From the NCBI RefSeq assembly GCF_009914755.1, contig NC_060933.1: a stretch of DNA of 64,000 nt, one strand, 5' to 3'. Both the position numbers and the translations under genes were made by a program. Origin of the DNA: the human T2T-CHM13v2.0 reference genome, Homo sapiens. This document shows, piece after piece, positions 39,831 to 53,366 of this stretch (positions within the stretch are counted from its first letter, which is position 1; the number at the start of each line of letters is the position of its first letter). The notes below the pieces were generated by a model. The model ran no database searches. It saw only the letters and a list, made by a program, of their open reading frames with translations, and was not told the DNA's origin.

Positions 39831-41599
39831 CCTTGCAAGATATAGGGATGTATATTGAGAAGACAAAGAATGGAAGTGAGAATTACTTGTTATTTTGACT
39901 TCCAACTATTGGAGAACATTCCCAAAGAAATATTATACTAAATTTCTGCCTGAATAATTATTTCAGCATCTCTTTCATGGTCTTTGCTTAAGGGCAGTGC
40001 TTCCAGCTGAGGCTGCATACAGTCTCATATTCCATAGACTAACTGTCTAGGGTAATTCAGACTTATAACCTAAGTTTATGTTACAGCTTTTCTAACTTAT
40101 GTTCCTTTGATGGAGTTTATCCTCATTGCCCCACCCCCCAAATGGTTTACTAATAAAGTATAGTCTAAAACAGAAACATTATTCTTTTTATATTCTTTAA
40201 TCTCCATTGAAATAAACACAATTTGTAGAATTATTAACTAATAGAAATTAATTGAAAAGAAGCATCTTTCTTTTATATGAACAATGACATAGTTCAAATT
40301 TATCTTGAAAACAGTTTTAAGCACAAGTAATTACGCTGAATATGTAAATAACCCATTTATAAGTAGGTCAATAGGAAAACATTTCAACAAATTTCAAACT
40401 TGATATCATTTCTAGATCTTATGAAATAATGGAACATGTTTTGGAAGGTAAGAGAAGTTTACTTAGCCAATAATAACAGGTCTCAATCAATTATTTTTTA
40501 ACAGCTAGTTTATCCCTGGATATACCTTACTATATCCTGTTTTTAGATATGGCATTTGAAAACCTCCAAGAATATAGATATAATTTTAATTGAGCTATTA
40601 TGGTTAGTATTTATTTTTAAAGTTCTGAATTTTTTTAAAAAATTCAATTTCTATGGTATATTAACAAGATTGATTGGAATAATGCATTTTTTTAATGTGG
40701 TGGGTTGGTGATATGTTTTTCTTCTGAGAAAGAAGGCTGTTCATAATCTTAAATTATATTAGGTTTTAGAAACAACAAAAATTGTGGGATTCCCTTAATG
40801 GCTTTCTTGCACTTGAGTTCTAAAATATTTATCAATCTCAAATATATTTTGCATTATGTTGAAAAATGACTATTAATAGTTTCTGCTAAAAGGAATTATC
40901 AACTTTTTATGCATCACCATTTCAGAGTTGGGCTTATAAAAATATCAGTATCTGTCCTACATATATACCAATGTTTTTCAATTTTTAGTCAATTAAATAT
41001 GTTTCATTGATTTTCTGCTGTGTGCCTAAAATTGTGCATGATGATATTATAGAAGGTACTGTGAGAAGGCTTAAAGCAGTATATTTAACCACTGCTTACC
41101 AGAGTAGTACATAGAGAAGCAAACCTAATCTATAAGCAACAATGAGAGCGTGCTACAGATAACTTTTAATATTGTAAATATATATGATACAGACGATAAA
41201 ATCTTTATGAAATAATCTATAGGAGAGGTGAAATGGGTCTCTGCCAGGAGAATGCAAAGGCAGTAAAAAATTAAAAACCAAAATATTGAGAATTATTTTG
41301 AGGAAAGTGTTAGTAGAATTTAATAATACATTTAATAGAAACATAAGATTAAAAATGCAAAGATGAATTCAAAGTTGCTTACATTCAAAAATAACTCATT
41401 AAATGTACAGTATTTTAAGCACACTTTTGATCTATGAAGAGTATAAATATGAATAAGACATAGTTCTTTAGGCTAGACATAGAGAATATTTTTTGTGCAG
41501 AAATAAAATCTAGAGTATGTAATATTAGGGGAAAGAAAATGCCTCATAGATGTCAATAAACCTTGTTCCCTCTATTTTTTTTTACTGGTTTCATTTCCT

Positions 41600-42530
41600 G
41601 TAATAATTGTGGTAACAGTAATGCTGAAAAAATTAAACCTCCAACTCTTAAAACAATAAAAGTTATTGCTTGCTTAAATAATAGGAATGCTATCTGTGAT
41701 TTCCTGCAGGGTCATTCAAAGATTTATTATTTTCCCATCTGTGGTTTTGCCATCCTCAATACATAGCTCTTGGGGGTTTTCTGTGGATTGTTTTAATGTT
41801 AGCCAACCAGAGAGAATAAAAAGAGTGTTAAAAATTATTAATTCTGGGTCTATGTGACCCTGTAAGAAGGCTACATCACTACTATATACTTAGAACCTAA
41901 ATTTCTATGCCAAAATATAGGCGAATATAGCAAATATTGTCCAAATTTACAAGGAAAGAGAAAATGAATTGTGTGTTCATCTTACAGTTTCTAATAAAAT
42001 CCCCAACATTGAACTTAAATGACTCTCCAGTTGTTCATTAGGAGCATATGCTGTTGGTTGACTGCCAGCATACATTATCTCACCTTTTCTTTCTAAAATA
42101 GAACATATTCAATATATCCAAGGCTTCCAAGGCTTCAGTACTTCTCTAAGTTTACTGTCTCGTCTTCAGATTCAGGTATGATGTGATTACTCTAAGTATA
42201 GCCTGATTCTTTGCCAAAAATAAGAACAAAAATACGCATATGGCCCAATTCAGTACAAAGGCAAATCAGGGCAAATTACCTTAAGAGTTTTTAAGATAAA
42301 TGTTTCTCTTGGTGTCTCTTTCTTGGTCTTCTGGGTAAGGTTGTATCTGAATATGATGACCCTAAATGTCTGCAGACATTTTTGCAGAAATGTTAAGGGT
42401 AAAAGTGACACAGCCAATAGCAAAGAAGTGCCAGAAAATACGTAAGCAAACTGTGACCTCTTTTTACCTCTTGATTGACTTTTATGTTAAATAATGAATT
42501 TACCTTATGCTTGAAAGAATTTGAAATAGT
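41600..42530. mobile_element. Highly diverged MLT1(J/K/L)-type LTR fragments
   Basis: Scattered motifs (AAACAATAAAAGTTATTGCTTGCT, TTCCCATCTGTGGTTTTGCCATCCTC, CATATGGCCCAATTC, CTGCAGACATTTTTGC). Boundaries uncertain. Confidence 0.4.
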
Positions 42531-42534
42531 ATTT

Positions 42535-43878
42535 GGCAGTGAAGAATTTACTCCTCCCATATTTTCATTCAAGAGAAATTTCCATGAGGAGGGTTGTTGG
42601 TGGGTTACCTCCAACTCAACCACTTCAGAGCTACTACAGTGGTAATGCATGTTGAAGAAAAGAGTCAAACTCTGTGAAATATTTGAAGAGATTTATTCTG
42701 AGGCAAATATGAGTGACCTCGGCCTGTCACACAGCCCAGGAGATCCTAAGAACATGTGCCAAGGTTGTTGGGCTACAGCTTGGATTTATACATGTGAGGG
42801 AGACATAAGACATCAATCAGTACACCTAAGATACACATTGGTAAAATTGGGAAAGGTGAGACAACTCAAAGCAGGTGGGGGTGGGGTGGGTGAAGGCTTC
42901 CAGGTTAAAGGTGAATTCGAAGATTTTCTGATTGGCATTTGACAACTGGCTAAAATAATTTATCTAAAGACCGGAATCAATAGACAGGAGTGTATGGGTT
43001 AAGATAAGGTGTTTTAGAGACCAAGGTTCTTATGCAGATGAAGCTTGCAGGTAGCAGGCTTCACTGAGAATAGATTGTAAATGATTTTTATCAGACATAA
43101 AAAGGAAAAAGGACTTGGAATCAGGAAAAATCAGGAAAAAGACTTGGAAAGAGAAGGGGATTCTCTACAAAATGGAGATTTTCCCCACAGAAACAGCCTT
43201 GTAGGGCCATTTCAAAATATGTCAAAGAAATGTATTTTTGTGGTGAAATACTTTGATTTCTTTCAAGGCCTGCTATCTGTCATGTTGATATCTTATTGCT
43301 ACGAAGAGTCTGTTTTGTCATTCTTAAGTCTCTACTTTAATGTTAACACTGTTCAGCTATGCATGAATTCCGAAAGGATGAAAGTAAATAACGAGGCATG
43401 TTCAACCACCCATTTCCATCATGGCCATTACTGTTTCAGGTTTAGTTTAAAATGCCCTTGGCCAAGATAAAGGGCCCATTTAGTTGGTTAACGGACATTG
43501 AATTTTATTTTTGGCTTACATGCAGGTGCCATGCTCTCCTTAGGTTGCTCCCTGCCAATGCTGAGCAAGGAAGATATTATAGGGCTTTTCATTCTTGTCC
43601 CACATGGACTCATCTAAAGGTCAAAGTTCACTTTGGTGCTCTTTCAGTGTGGCTGACAATTTCTCAGATGTGCACTCTTCTCTGAGGCTCCTCCTTTCCA
43701 ATTATCTTTCATGCTCTCTCTTGTTTTGAGGTGCCAGGCTTGCATCATGATCTGGAGGCTCTTGCAGCCTCCTTTTGCTCTATCTTCTTTTTATTCTTCA
43801 AAGGTGTTTTCTCTGGTTACTCTCTTATATGTGTAATTCCATCTTGGTGTCTGATTCTTGGGAAACCCAAACTGGCTT
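42535..43878 (+). mobile_element. LTR16-like ERVL LTR, split by a MER4 LTR
   Basis: 3' end CTCTTATATGTGTAATTCCATCTTGGTGTCTGATTCTTGGGAAACCCAAACTG resembles LTR16. The sequence reads continuously across the TGCA TSD. Confidence 0.6.
42650..43520 (-). mobile_element. MER4-family (MER4B/D-like) solo LTR
   Basis: TGTTGAAGAAAAGAGTCAAACTCTGTGAAATATTTGAAGAGATTTATTCTGAG ... GAATTTTATTTTTGGCTTACA. Perfect 4-bp TSD TGCA at 42646-42649 and 43521-43524. Confidence 0.92.
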
Positions 43879-43914
43879 ATAATTTTTCTTACTTTCAGTA
43901 AAACCTTCTTTGCT

Positions 43915-44170
43915 GATGCATCATTCATTAATTCATTAAATGTATTGTGTTTTGTATGGGAAAACAATGATGCCAAAGTGTCTATAGCTATATAGTCTGA
44001 TATGTGCTATAATAAGAATTTGGAAAAAGTATTATTGGTTCACAAAGGCAGAAGTTTAGGAGGTTAGATACATTTAAAGTAAAATTTGATTAAAAAGTGT
44101 GAACTTAAATAGATTAAGATAACATGGGGTGTTTGTAAAATATATTAGTAAAATACAATGACATACCCAA
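43915..44170 (-). mobile_element. L2 3' fragment
   Basis: TCATTCATTAATTCATTAAATGTATTG antisense L2 tail. Confidence 0.5.
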
Positions 44171-44175
44171 AGTCC

Positions 44176-44612
44176 TGTTAAATCACATTAAATATGGCCT
44201 GAGAAAAATGCCATACTTCTATATTTCAGTCCTTGTGAATGAACTGCAACCTAACTCAATAGGTACACAAGACTAAAACCTAACTTAGGAATATGCGCCT
44301 GTAACAATCGCTGAGTCTTGGCCAATTCCAGCAGCCATACTTCAACTAGTGACGTACAGCTGAGTGTTCAAATAAGGCAAGTGCCAAGCTGTAACCAATC
44401 CAGCTGTTTCTGTACCTCACTTCTGATTTCTATACGTCACTTTACTTTGTGTTGTCTATAAATTCATTCTGACCATGAGACACCCCTGGAGTCTCTCTGA
44501 ATCTGCTGTGATTGTGGGGGCTTTCCAATTTATGAATCATTCATTACTCAATTAAACTGTAAATTTATTTTGGCTGAAGGTGTTTTTTTTTGTTTTGTTT
44601 TGTTTTTTAGCA
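44176..44612 (+). mobile_element. MER57B-like solo ERV1 LTR
   Basis: TGTTAAATCACATTAAATATGGCCTGAG...AACCTAACTTAGGAATATGCGCCTGTAACAATCGCTGAGTCTTGGCCAAT ... TTAGCA. Perfect 4-bp TSD GTCC at 44172-44175 and 44613-44616. Confidence 0.9.
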
Positions 44613-46714
44613 GTCCTCACCATAATGATCCATACATGTAAGTGTCTAATATAATCTTTCTAGCTTTCTTTTTTGGTTGTGTTTAGTCATACTGTTGCTG
44701 ATTCAGCTTTGTATAAAATGTCGGAGCAAAATGGCTATCAATAATATAGAGATCTGCAAGAATTCCCACACAGGTGAAATATGCATGGTGGAAAGAGGCA
44801 ATTCTTAAGGCAAAGAGCCAAGCATGTACCAAACACCAATGCCCTTGCATACCAAAGCTAAAGATTCTACAATTTGCCAAAGATAAGAATGTACCTTTCA
44901 CAACAGCAAGGACCTCATATATTGTCTTATTATATATCCCTAAAATCTAGCACAGTGTTGAATAAGAGGAAGTAGAAATAATTTTGAGAAGGAATTAAAC
45001 ATGTATTTGTAGAAGTCAAGTCTTACCCATTGAAAAAATATCTCCCCCATATTTGTAATTCATTAAATTGTTTGGAAGGGAAAAGAAACTAAAGGGAATA
45101 CTCCATAGAGAAAGTTGTTTCAGAAATTATGTAAATTTATTCTAATAACTAAGAAATAGTGAAAATGTATTACAAAGGTTAGGTAGAGGCACATTTCAGA
45201 TTTAGACTAAGGTGCAAATGGCTTTCTACTTAATGATAGAGAAAAGCATAAATAAAAGTACATTGTATACATGAAATGGTTTTGTTTGAATTGGGTATAG
45301 AATATCAAATGAGAAATATATAGTAAGGAATTGAATATATGGAAATACAGATATAGACGGCCAGAGCACCTACTTGTAGCTCTTGATAGCAGAATTATCA
45401 GTCAACTGAAAAGATATTTTAAGACCTCCAAGAATAAGTAGATAATTTCTATTCTGTATTTTGTTAATGAAAGAAAACCAGGGTAATAACTGCTTGAATT
45501 TTCATCACTAGCATGTTTCCTACATACATAAACATAGTGAGTAGTGAGTATATTCACATATAAAGTAACAAAGAATTATAGTAAACCCCAACATCCAATC
45601 GGGAAAAATGTTGTAACTCTATATATTCATTAAATTGTTCACAAACTGACATCTTTTAGCATATAATATGGTTTCCTTTAGCTTGTTAAAGAGCATGGAC
45701 TCATGACTAAAACATAAGAACACCCAATGAAGTTCAACTAAATCAATTCAACTATGAAAAATAAACTGACTAGTGATCATCTCTTTATTATTATTGAAAG
45801 AATAACTTACAAGTAAAAACATTCAATTTTTGAAAACAGCTTTATATTTATTGAATTTATGCATATAACGTTAGTTGCGTTTCAAAATAAAATGGCTGCC
45901 TTAAAAGTCATGCAAAATTACATATTTATACATTCTCTGAATTAAGCAGGATTAATTGAAAAGTGGTTATGAAGGCATGACTGCAAGCTACAAATTGAGC
46001 CTATTTTTAGTAACTTGCTCTAGCTGAGATGTTATATGTTCAGACTTGTTGACACGAAGCTTTATTGAGAAGCATTACTTATTCCCAATAACTCAAGGAG
46101 GAGCCTGTTTTGGGAGGAAAAACCACATCAAGTATGTTTTGTTGAATCAAGAGGATTTTATTTTTAGAAAACTACTAATGATTTTTTCTGAAAACGTGAC
46201 TATTTTGAAATCTAAAAAAATCAAATATTTGATACTTAACATAATTTGCAACTTGACATAAAACTACTCAGTTTAGTTGGTCATAATATACTCATTCCTA
46301 ACTTATTCCACTTTACAAAAAAAGTAAAAGAAAAGCATAAATAAATAAGTAAGGAAAGAGAAACAAACAAACAAAAAACATTGGAAACGGACTAGGTAAA
46401 AATTTATAGAATCAAGGATTAATTTCCACCAATTATGGCATGAATAAAACCAATCAACTAAAATATATTTTAAAAATCAAGAAGACAGTAGGAAAACAGC
46501 CTCTGAGGACCCCTGGAACAGTAATTAGGTGGGCACTCTGTGCCTGTTGGACATTACCATTTTCTTTAATGTTTGTATGAAACGACGCCAATTTATCTTT
46601 AAACAATTTATCTTTAAGTTGCTAAGGTGATGCAAACAGCTGTCATGTAACAATCACCAAGAGAGGACCCATTCTAGTTCACAAACTGCCCTGATGCTTT
46701 TTATAAAAAACAAT

Positions 46715-48240
46715 CCACTTCAGGATAATGTGTTGTTCCTGGTTTCTATGTCTCTTTAACTTCTTTAAATCAGAAGCATTCCATAGTCCTTCTTCACCCT
46801 TCATAGCATCCTAAACATTTTTTGAAGGTAATATTCCAATGGATTCTATTTTTAGAATGTCTCCCAATTTCGATTTGTCTGGTGTTTTCTCATAATGAGG
46901 TGTCAAGACATGCATTATTGGCAATAAAATCACCAACATGGTGCTATGCTCTTCTTATCATATTTCTTCAGGTTATATATGAAATTAATTTTTCCCATCA
47001 GTGGTGATTTTAATTTTGATCATTTGAAAGGTAATGTCTTCCAGATTTCTCTATTGCAGAGGTACTCCTCATTTTCTTTATATTAATATAACATGACATG
47101 AAATGATATTTTATATATAGACTATCTATTGTATACATGTATATATACATGTAATTAATCTAAAATTAAGTGTTTTGTGGAGAGATACATTTCTTCTCCA
47201 ACATTTACCCACTAGGTTTAGCATCCATTGATGCCTCAACACTCAATCAAATTACAATGTGAAGATTTTCAAATGATAATTTTTTAACATACAATATCAA
47301 CCCTTTTCCTTTTATTGGTTGGCACTCTGTGGGAAAATAATAGTGTTTCCTTCTTTTATTCATTCATTAATTCATGGGTTTATCTCACGTGGACCCATGG
47401 ATTCCTATTTCTTTCAGTGGCCCATGATCTGTTCCTTTACTTATTTTATTGATTCAGTTTTGCTAATTTTGCTAGTAGGAACTATTCAAGTTTCTCAGCT
47501 CTTTTAACATGCCTTTCTTAGCATTTGAGCACTCCCTTATTTTCCTTGTTTTTTTTTTTAAATCTCAGATTATGAATGGTCATTGCAAATCTATCAAAAT
47601 ATAATGGATTTCTGTATATTATTATTATATCCTGTGATCTAGATAAACACACAATTTTACTAACTTTTTTGCAAATATCTTTTTTATTTTCTGCACAGAA
47701 TATAATAATATCTGTGAAGAAAGACATCTTTCTTTCTAAATTGTATGTATTCTTACCTCTCTCAATGCATTGCTAAGACGTGTAGTATAAGCTTCAAAAG
47801 AATTTATCAGAGCAAGCATGCTTGTCTTTTTCTAGGTATCAGGGCAAAAATATTCAGTCACCTTAATGTTATTGGAAAGTTAAGGTACATAGTATAAACC
47901 TTAGAGCACCTAACAGGACAAAATAAGCAAAAACATATGACTAATAATCTTATTAATTGAAATAAAATAAAATTCAAAATTAAACACTTAATCCAAGGTA
48001 AAGCATCAAAAGTGGAAAATAGTAATAAAGAACAGATTAAATTTTATGGAAAATAAATTTTATGATAGTAGATTTAAGGCCAAAATATAGATAACAATAT
48101 TAAATATAAGTAGTCTAAAACTACTATTTAAAGTAAGAATTTTAAGACTAAATTTAAAAAGTAATGTTAAATCAATATAAAGACAAAGATTGGTCAGAAA
48201 AAATAGGTTGAAGATAGCTGTACTTCACCATGATACAGTA
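46715..48240. mobile_element. Old L1M fragments (antisense ~46715-47870, sense ~47870-48240)
   Basis: Degenerate L1MC/ME motifs (TTTAGAATGTCTCCCAATTTCGATTTGTCTGGTGTTTTCTCAT; AATAATATCTGTGAAGAAAGACA; GATAGTAGATTTAAGGCCAAAATATAGATAAC). Confidence 0.5.
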
Positions 48241-48573
48241 AGAGGAACTAAACTAAATTCTTTACAAAACAAACAAACAAAAAACAAAAACACACACACA
48301 CAAATAAAAACTAACTGCAGACAAAATATAATCAACAGTGATTTTTTAACCATTGACAAGAAGCTGAGGATGCTGATCCCTGACAAAAGAAAAAATAAAA
48401 TCTGACTTATCCCAAGCTTTCTCTCAGTTTCCAGAAGACACAGTGAAAGGATAATCCAAAGAAAGGATAACTCTCCCTGTATATTGAGAAATTGAAGATT
48501 GGGGCTTAGAAAGGAAAATTTAGCTAGAATTGCAGAGGTAAATAGAAGAGAGAGAGCATTTGCACAGAGATGG

Positions 48574-48921
48574 TGATATGGTATGGCTTTGTCCCCACCC
48601 ACATCTCATCTTGAATTCCCATGTGTTGTGGGAGGGACCAGGTGGGAGATAATTGAATCATGGTGGCAGGCCATCCCATCCTCATGATAGTGAATAAGTC
48701 CCACAAGATCTTATGGTTAAAGAAGAGGGAGTTTTTCTGAACAAGCTCTCTCTTTGCCTGCCGCCATCCATGTAAGATGTGACTTGCTCTTCCTGGCCAT
48801 CTGCCATGATTGTGAGGTTTTCCCAGCCATGTGGAAACATAAGTCCATTAAACCTCTTTCTTTTGTAAATTTCCCAGGCTGGGGTATATCTTTATCAGTA
48901 GCATAAAAATGGATGAATACA
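48574..48921 (+). mobile_element. THE1A/B solo LTR
   Basis: TGATATGGTATGGCTTTGTCCCCACCCACATCTCATCTTGAATT ... AAGTCCATTAAACCTCTTTCTTTTGTAAAT ... GAATACA. Confidence 0.93.
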
Positions 48922-49187
48922 GGAATATAGGAAGTGTCTGCTTTTTCCTGGCTTTTATCTTTGCCTGTAACATTCCACCCCAGAGACTCACATGGCTTCT
49001 CCTTTCTCTTCAAGTCTTGCTAATCATTCCTTGTTGATTCCTTAAAATCAACACATATAAATGTGTATCCCTTTCTTAAGCAAGAGATCCCTTTCATCCT
49101 TTACCTTTCTGTATTTGTTAGTAGAATTAACCATCTGCTAGTATACTATAAAATTTACTTATGTATTATATATATTATCTTTTCTAG

Positions 49188-49564
49188 TGATATAATTTGG
49201 CTCCATTCCCACACAAAATCTCATCTTGAATTATAATCAGATTTATAATCCCCATGTGTTGGGGGAGGGATCTCCGGGAGGTGATTAGATCATGGGGTGG
49301 TTCTCCCATGTTGTTCTCGTGATAGTGAGTGAGTTCTCATGAGATTTGGTGGTTTTATAAAAAGCTTTTACCCCCTTCACTCTGCACTTTTCCTTCCTGC
49401 CACAATGTGCAGAAGGACATGGTTTGCTTCCCCTTCTGGCATGATTGTAAGTTTTCTGAGGCTTCCCCAGACCTGCAGAATTCTGAGTCAATTAAGCCTC
49501 TTTCCTTTATATATTAACCAGCATCTAGCAGCTCTTTATAGCAGTGTGAGAACGGACCAATACA
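49188..49564 (+). mobile_element. THE1C/D solo LTR (within an L2 fragment)
   Basis: TGATATAATTTGGCTC...TCTCATCTTGAATTATAATC...GCTTCCCCTTCTGGCATGATTGTAAGTTTTCTGAGGC...GCAGTGTGAGAACGGACCAATACA. Confidence 0.92.
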
Positions 49565-52249
49565 ACAAGTGAACAGGTATTTTTGCTTATTGTCCATTGT
49601 CAAAACCACTTATTTATTTTTACATTGACTATTGTCTATCTTCTATGGTTTGTTACCTCCAACAATAAGGTAATCAAGGGTCAAAATTTTTTGTTTATCC
49701 AGTAAAATGCTCTCAGTGAATTGGGCATTGGGTGGCACAGAGTATTTAATGTATCTATTAATTTTGTATATAAATGAATAAATTTTCTAAATTTTGCTAA
49801 TAATGTTAATAGAAGACCCAAAAAGTATAATCAGTAAATTAGTTGTATTTTGAAGAAAAAAAAGTTAATCTATGTAACAAATTATTGTAAAAATTCTCAG
49901 GATATACACTTGAGTAATAATCACTGTAACATTTACCTATTTAAAAAGAATGAAATTTAACAGTGAAGGCACCTGAGTCTGGAATTTGTTTCCCCTAAGA
50001 AGGTATTAAATTAAAATTCAGTATCTTTAATAAATCTAAAGATATGAAGAAATTTTATTTATTCTAGAGTAATTGTAAAGATTATTTTGCTAACCATACA
50101 ATTTATTCAACCATTATCAAATTTATTGGCATAAAGTTTTTATAATTTAAGTTATTATCATTTAGATATTTGTAGTATCTTTACAACACCCACCATCTTC
50201 CCAACCTTGCCCACTTTATTTCCTGAAAGTGCTTGCTGACAGATTTCTGTCTTTGTATCTTTCTCAGACTATCTAGAATTTAATTCAGTTTATTCCTTTT
50301 ATCAAAGAATCCGTTTTAAATTTCATCTTTTCCTTTTGTATTTCTGTTATGTCTTTATAAAATTTTAGTTTTTCTCTATATTTTACTTTCTACTTCTTGT
50401 TTAATTTGGTTTTCTTTTCACTTTTTCAGGTAGACATTTGTGTCATTAATTTTAGACATTTCTCCTTTTTCTAATACAAACATTAAAAACTTCGTATTTC
50501 TCCAAAGGAATCCTGAAGTTGTAGTGTTTTTATTTTTATCCAGACCAAAATACTTTCTAATTTATCTTTTGATTTACTATTTGCTACAAGGCATCATTAG
50601 AAGTTTATTATATCTAAATATTTGGGGATTTCATTGTAGTTTTGGTTTTGTTTTTTATTTTAAATTTAATTCTATTGGGTCAGAGAACATACTCTCCATG
50701 ATCTAATCCTGTTAAATTTGTTGAAACTTTATTATTTGTTACCTAACATGTGATGAATGTCAGTGCACTTGGAAAATAAAATAAGTTTTTGCTGGTGATG
50801 AATATAATATTCCATGCATCCTAGAACTTGTTAGGTTATAATGTCATTGAATTTGTAGATATTTTCTTTAAAATTTTTTATTTACTTGTTTAATAATATC
50901 AGAAAATAGTTTTCAAATCTTTAAATATATTGTGGATTTGTATATTTTTCTTCTCAATTCTGTAAGTTTTTGTCTTGAATATTTTAAATGCATAATTGTT
51001 TGTTAATGTGTGAAAAAACATTTTGCATTATCAGGTTCTCTTGATGAATTGGACCAATTATATTGATCTTTATCCTGCTAAAAATATTTCTTGATTTGTG
51101 GCCCATTTTGTCTGATATTAATAGAAGTCTTCAGTTTTTATATACTTAGTGTTTATACCATAGAAACACTGCCATCCTCTTATCTTAAAAGGGTCCAGAA
51201 ATTTGAACTTTCATGTAAAATATTTTCAATATTAATTTATAATATTTTATAACATTACATAGTAATTTTGAAAAAATATTTGTTATTTATATAAAAAGCC
51301 TACTGAGATTTGGACTGATATTGCAATTAATCTAGAAATCAATTTAGTAGAACTACCTTCTTAACACTATAAAGCATTCAAATTATTGAACTTGGTTTAT
51401 CTCTCCATTTATTTAGGTCTGCCTTAATGTCTCTCAGCACTGTATTGCAGTTTTCTAAGTATCAAACAGAATGGTTCATAGTGGATATTTTTGCATTCTT
51501 TCTTATAGTAGGAGGAACCATTTGGTATTTCACTATATTAACTATTTTTATATATGTTTATTACTTTTGAAATAATTTGTTTCTCTTGCCTACTTTTCTG
51601 TAAGTCTTTATTATGAATATGTGTGAAATGTCATCAAATGCTTTTCTACTTTTAATAAAATAATCCTATACAAATTTTTTAAATCAAAATGTAGATCTGT
51701 AGTTTTCTGTTAATCTCTACCTATTTTTTTCCTTTAAGGGTAATCTGTACCTCATATAATGTACTGTTAGGGTTGCTTCCTCTTTTATTTCTGAAAGACT
51801 TTGCATAGAATTGTTACTATTTATTCTTTAAAGATTGTGAGAATACAAGAGTGAAACCTTCCTGACCTGGAATTATTTTGTATGTGAGTTTCAAATTATA
51901 GATTTAATGTATTTAATAGATGCAGGATTATTCATGGTGTCTCTTTATTTTTAAGTGAATTTTGTAACCTCTTTTCTCTCAAGTAATGTGTCCGTTTACC
52001 AAACTTTTAAAATGTATTTGCATAAAGTTTAAACATTGTGTGCTTACTATCATTTTATAACCTGTAGTATAATTAGTGACAGTCTTTCATTACTGGCTTT
52101 AGTATTTAGTATTTTTTCTCTTTTTTGTTGAGTATAGCTAGAATTTTTTCATTTTTTAATAAATGAGCTTTTTATTTTATTGATATTCCATTTTGGTGTT
52201 CTTTCAATTTTTATTGATTTTTGTTCTTATATGTATTTTATTATTTCTT

Positions 52250-52697
52250 TGTACCTTAGTACATTTTGACTGCAATAGAAAAATACCTTTTTGTTGTGGC
52301 TTATAAACAACATAATTTTATAATTTATAATAATATAAACTTATAACTTATAAATTTACTTCTCATAGATCTGGAGGCTGAGAGGTCTGAAATCAAGGCT
52401 CTCAAAGATTTGATGTCTGATGAGGGCCCATTTCCTGGTTCATAGATGGTTCCTTCTCTCTGCATCTTCACATAATGGAAAGAGCAAGGTAGCTCTCTGG
52501 GGTCTCTTATGTAAGAAAACTACTCATTTACTATCCTTAATGTAGTACTAATTTAGTACCCTTATAAAAGAGCCCCAGATCTCTACTTTCATGACCTAAG
52601 CCCCTCCCAAAAGACCCCATCTCCTAATAACATAAGTTTGGGAGTTAGGATTTCTACATAGGAAATTCGAGGAGACACAAACATTCAGACAACAGCA
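52250..52697 (-). mobile_element. MLT1A0-type MaLR LTR
   Basis: GGCTTATAAACAACA...TCTGGAGGCTGAGAGGTCTGAAATCAAGG...TGTCTGATGAGGGCCCATTTCCTGGTTCATAGATGG...GACACAAACATTCAGACAACAGCA. Confidence 0.88.
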
Positions 52698-53366
52698 TTC
52701 TGTTTTGTTTGGGTTTAATTTGCTTTAGGAACTGATTAGATTCTTTTTTCTTTTCTAACATAAACACATGGCACTATTACATTTATCTAATTCTTTATTT
52801 CTAAAAAATTTTTAATTATTATGGATACATAATAGTTGCACATATGTATGGGATACATATGCATACAAGCATATGACATACAATTATCAAATCAGGATTC
52901 TGATATTCATCACCTTAACTTGTATAGTTTCTTTGTGTTAATATTGTTTAGTTATCTTAATAAATTGACCCCTTTATAATCAGTGAGTATATTTTCTATC
53001 ACTGGTCATATATTTCGTTCTGAAATATATTTAGTTTGACATTAATATAGTAACTCTAGTTTTCTATAAATTTTTGTTTGTACTACACACACAGATATCT
53101 ATGTATTTATATTTACAGTAGAATTTTAGTAGACAGAATTAGATTTCTGATTTTTCATTGATGTGTATGAATGATTTACATGTAATGTAATGTGATTATG
53201 AATAAGCTTAGGTTTAAATATACCTTCTTGCTATGTTTTCTATTTATCTTATATGCTCCTTGTTCAATTTTTTATCCTTTTTTTACATTTTGTAGATTAG
53301 TTAAATATGTACTTCATTATTTTATGTTATTTCTACTATTGGTTTACTAATGTACTTTTTTTTAGG

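Noticed and set aside
43081-43470. 129-aa ATG-initiated ORF
   Set aside because: Lies entirely inside the MER4 LTR, antisense to it. No domain or splice support.
48574-49564. The two THE1 LTRs as the ends of one deleted provirus
   Set aside because: They belong to different subfamilies, and the spacer is L2-like rather than THE1 internal sequence.
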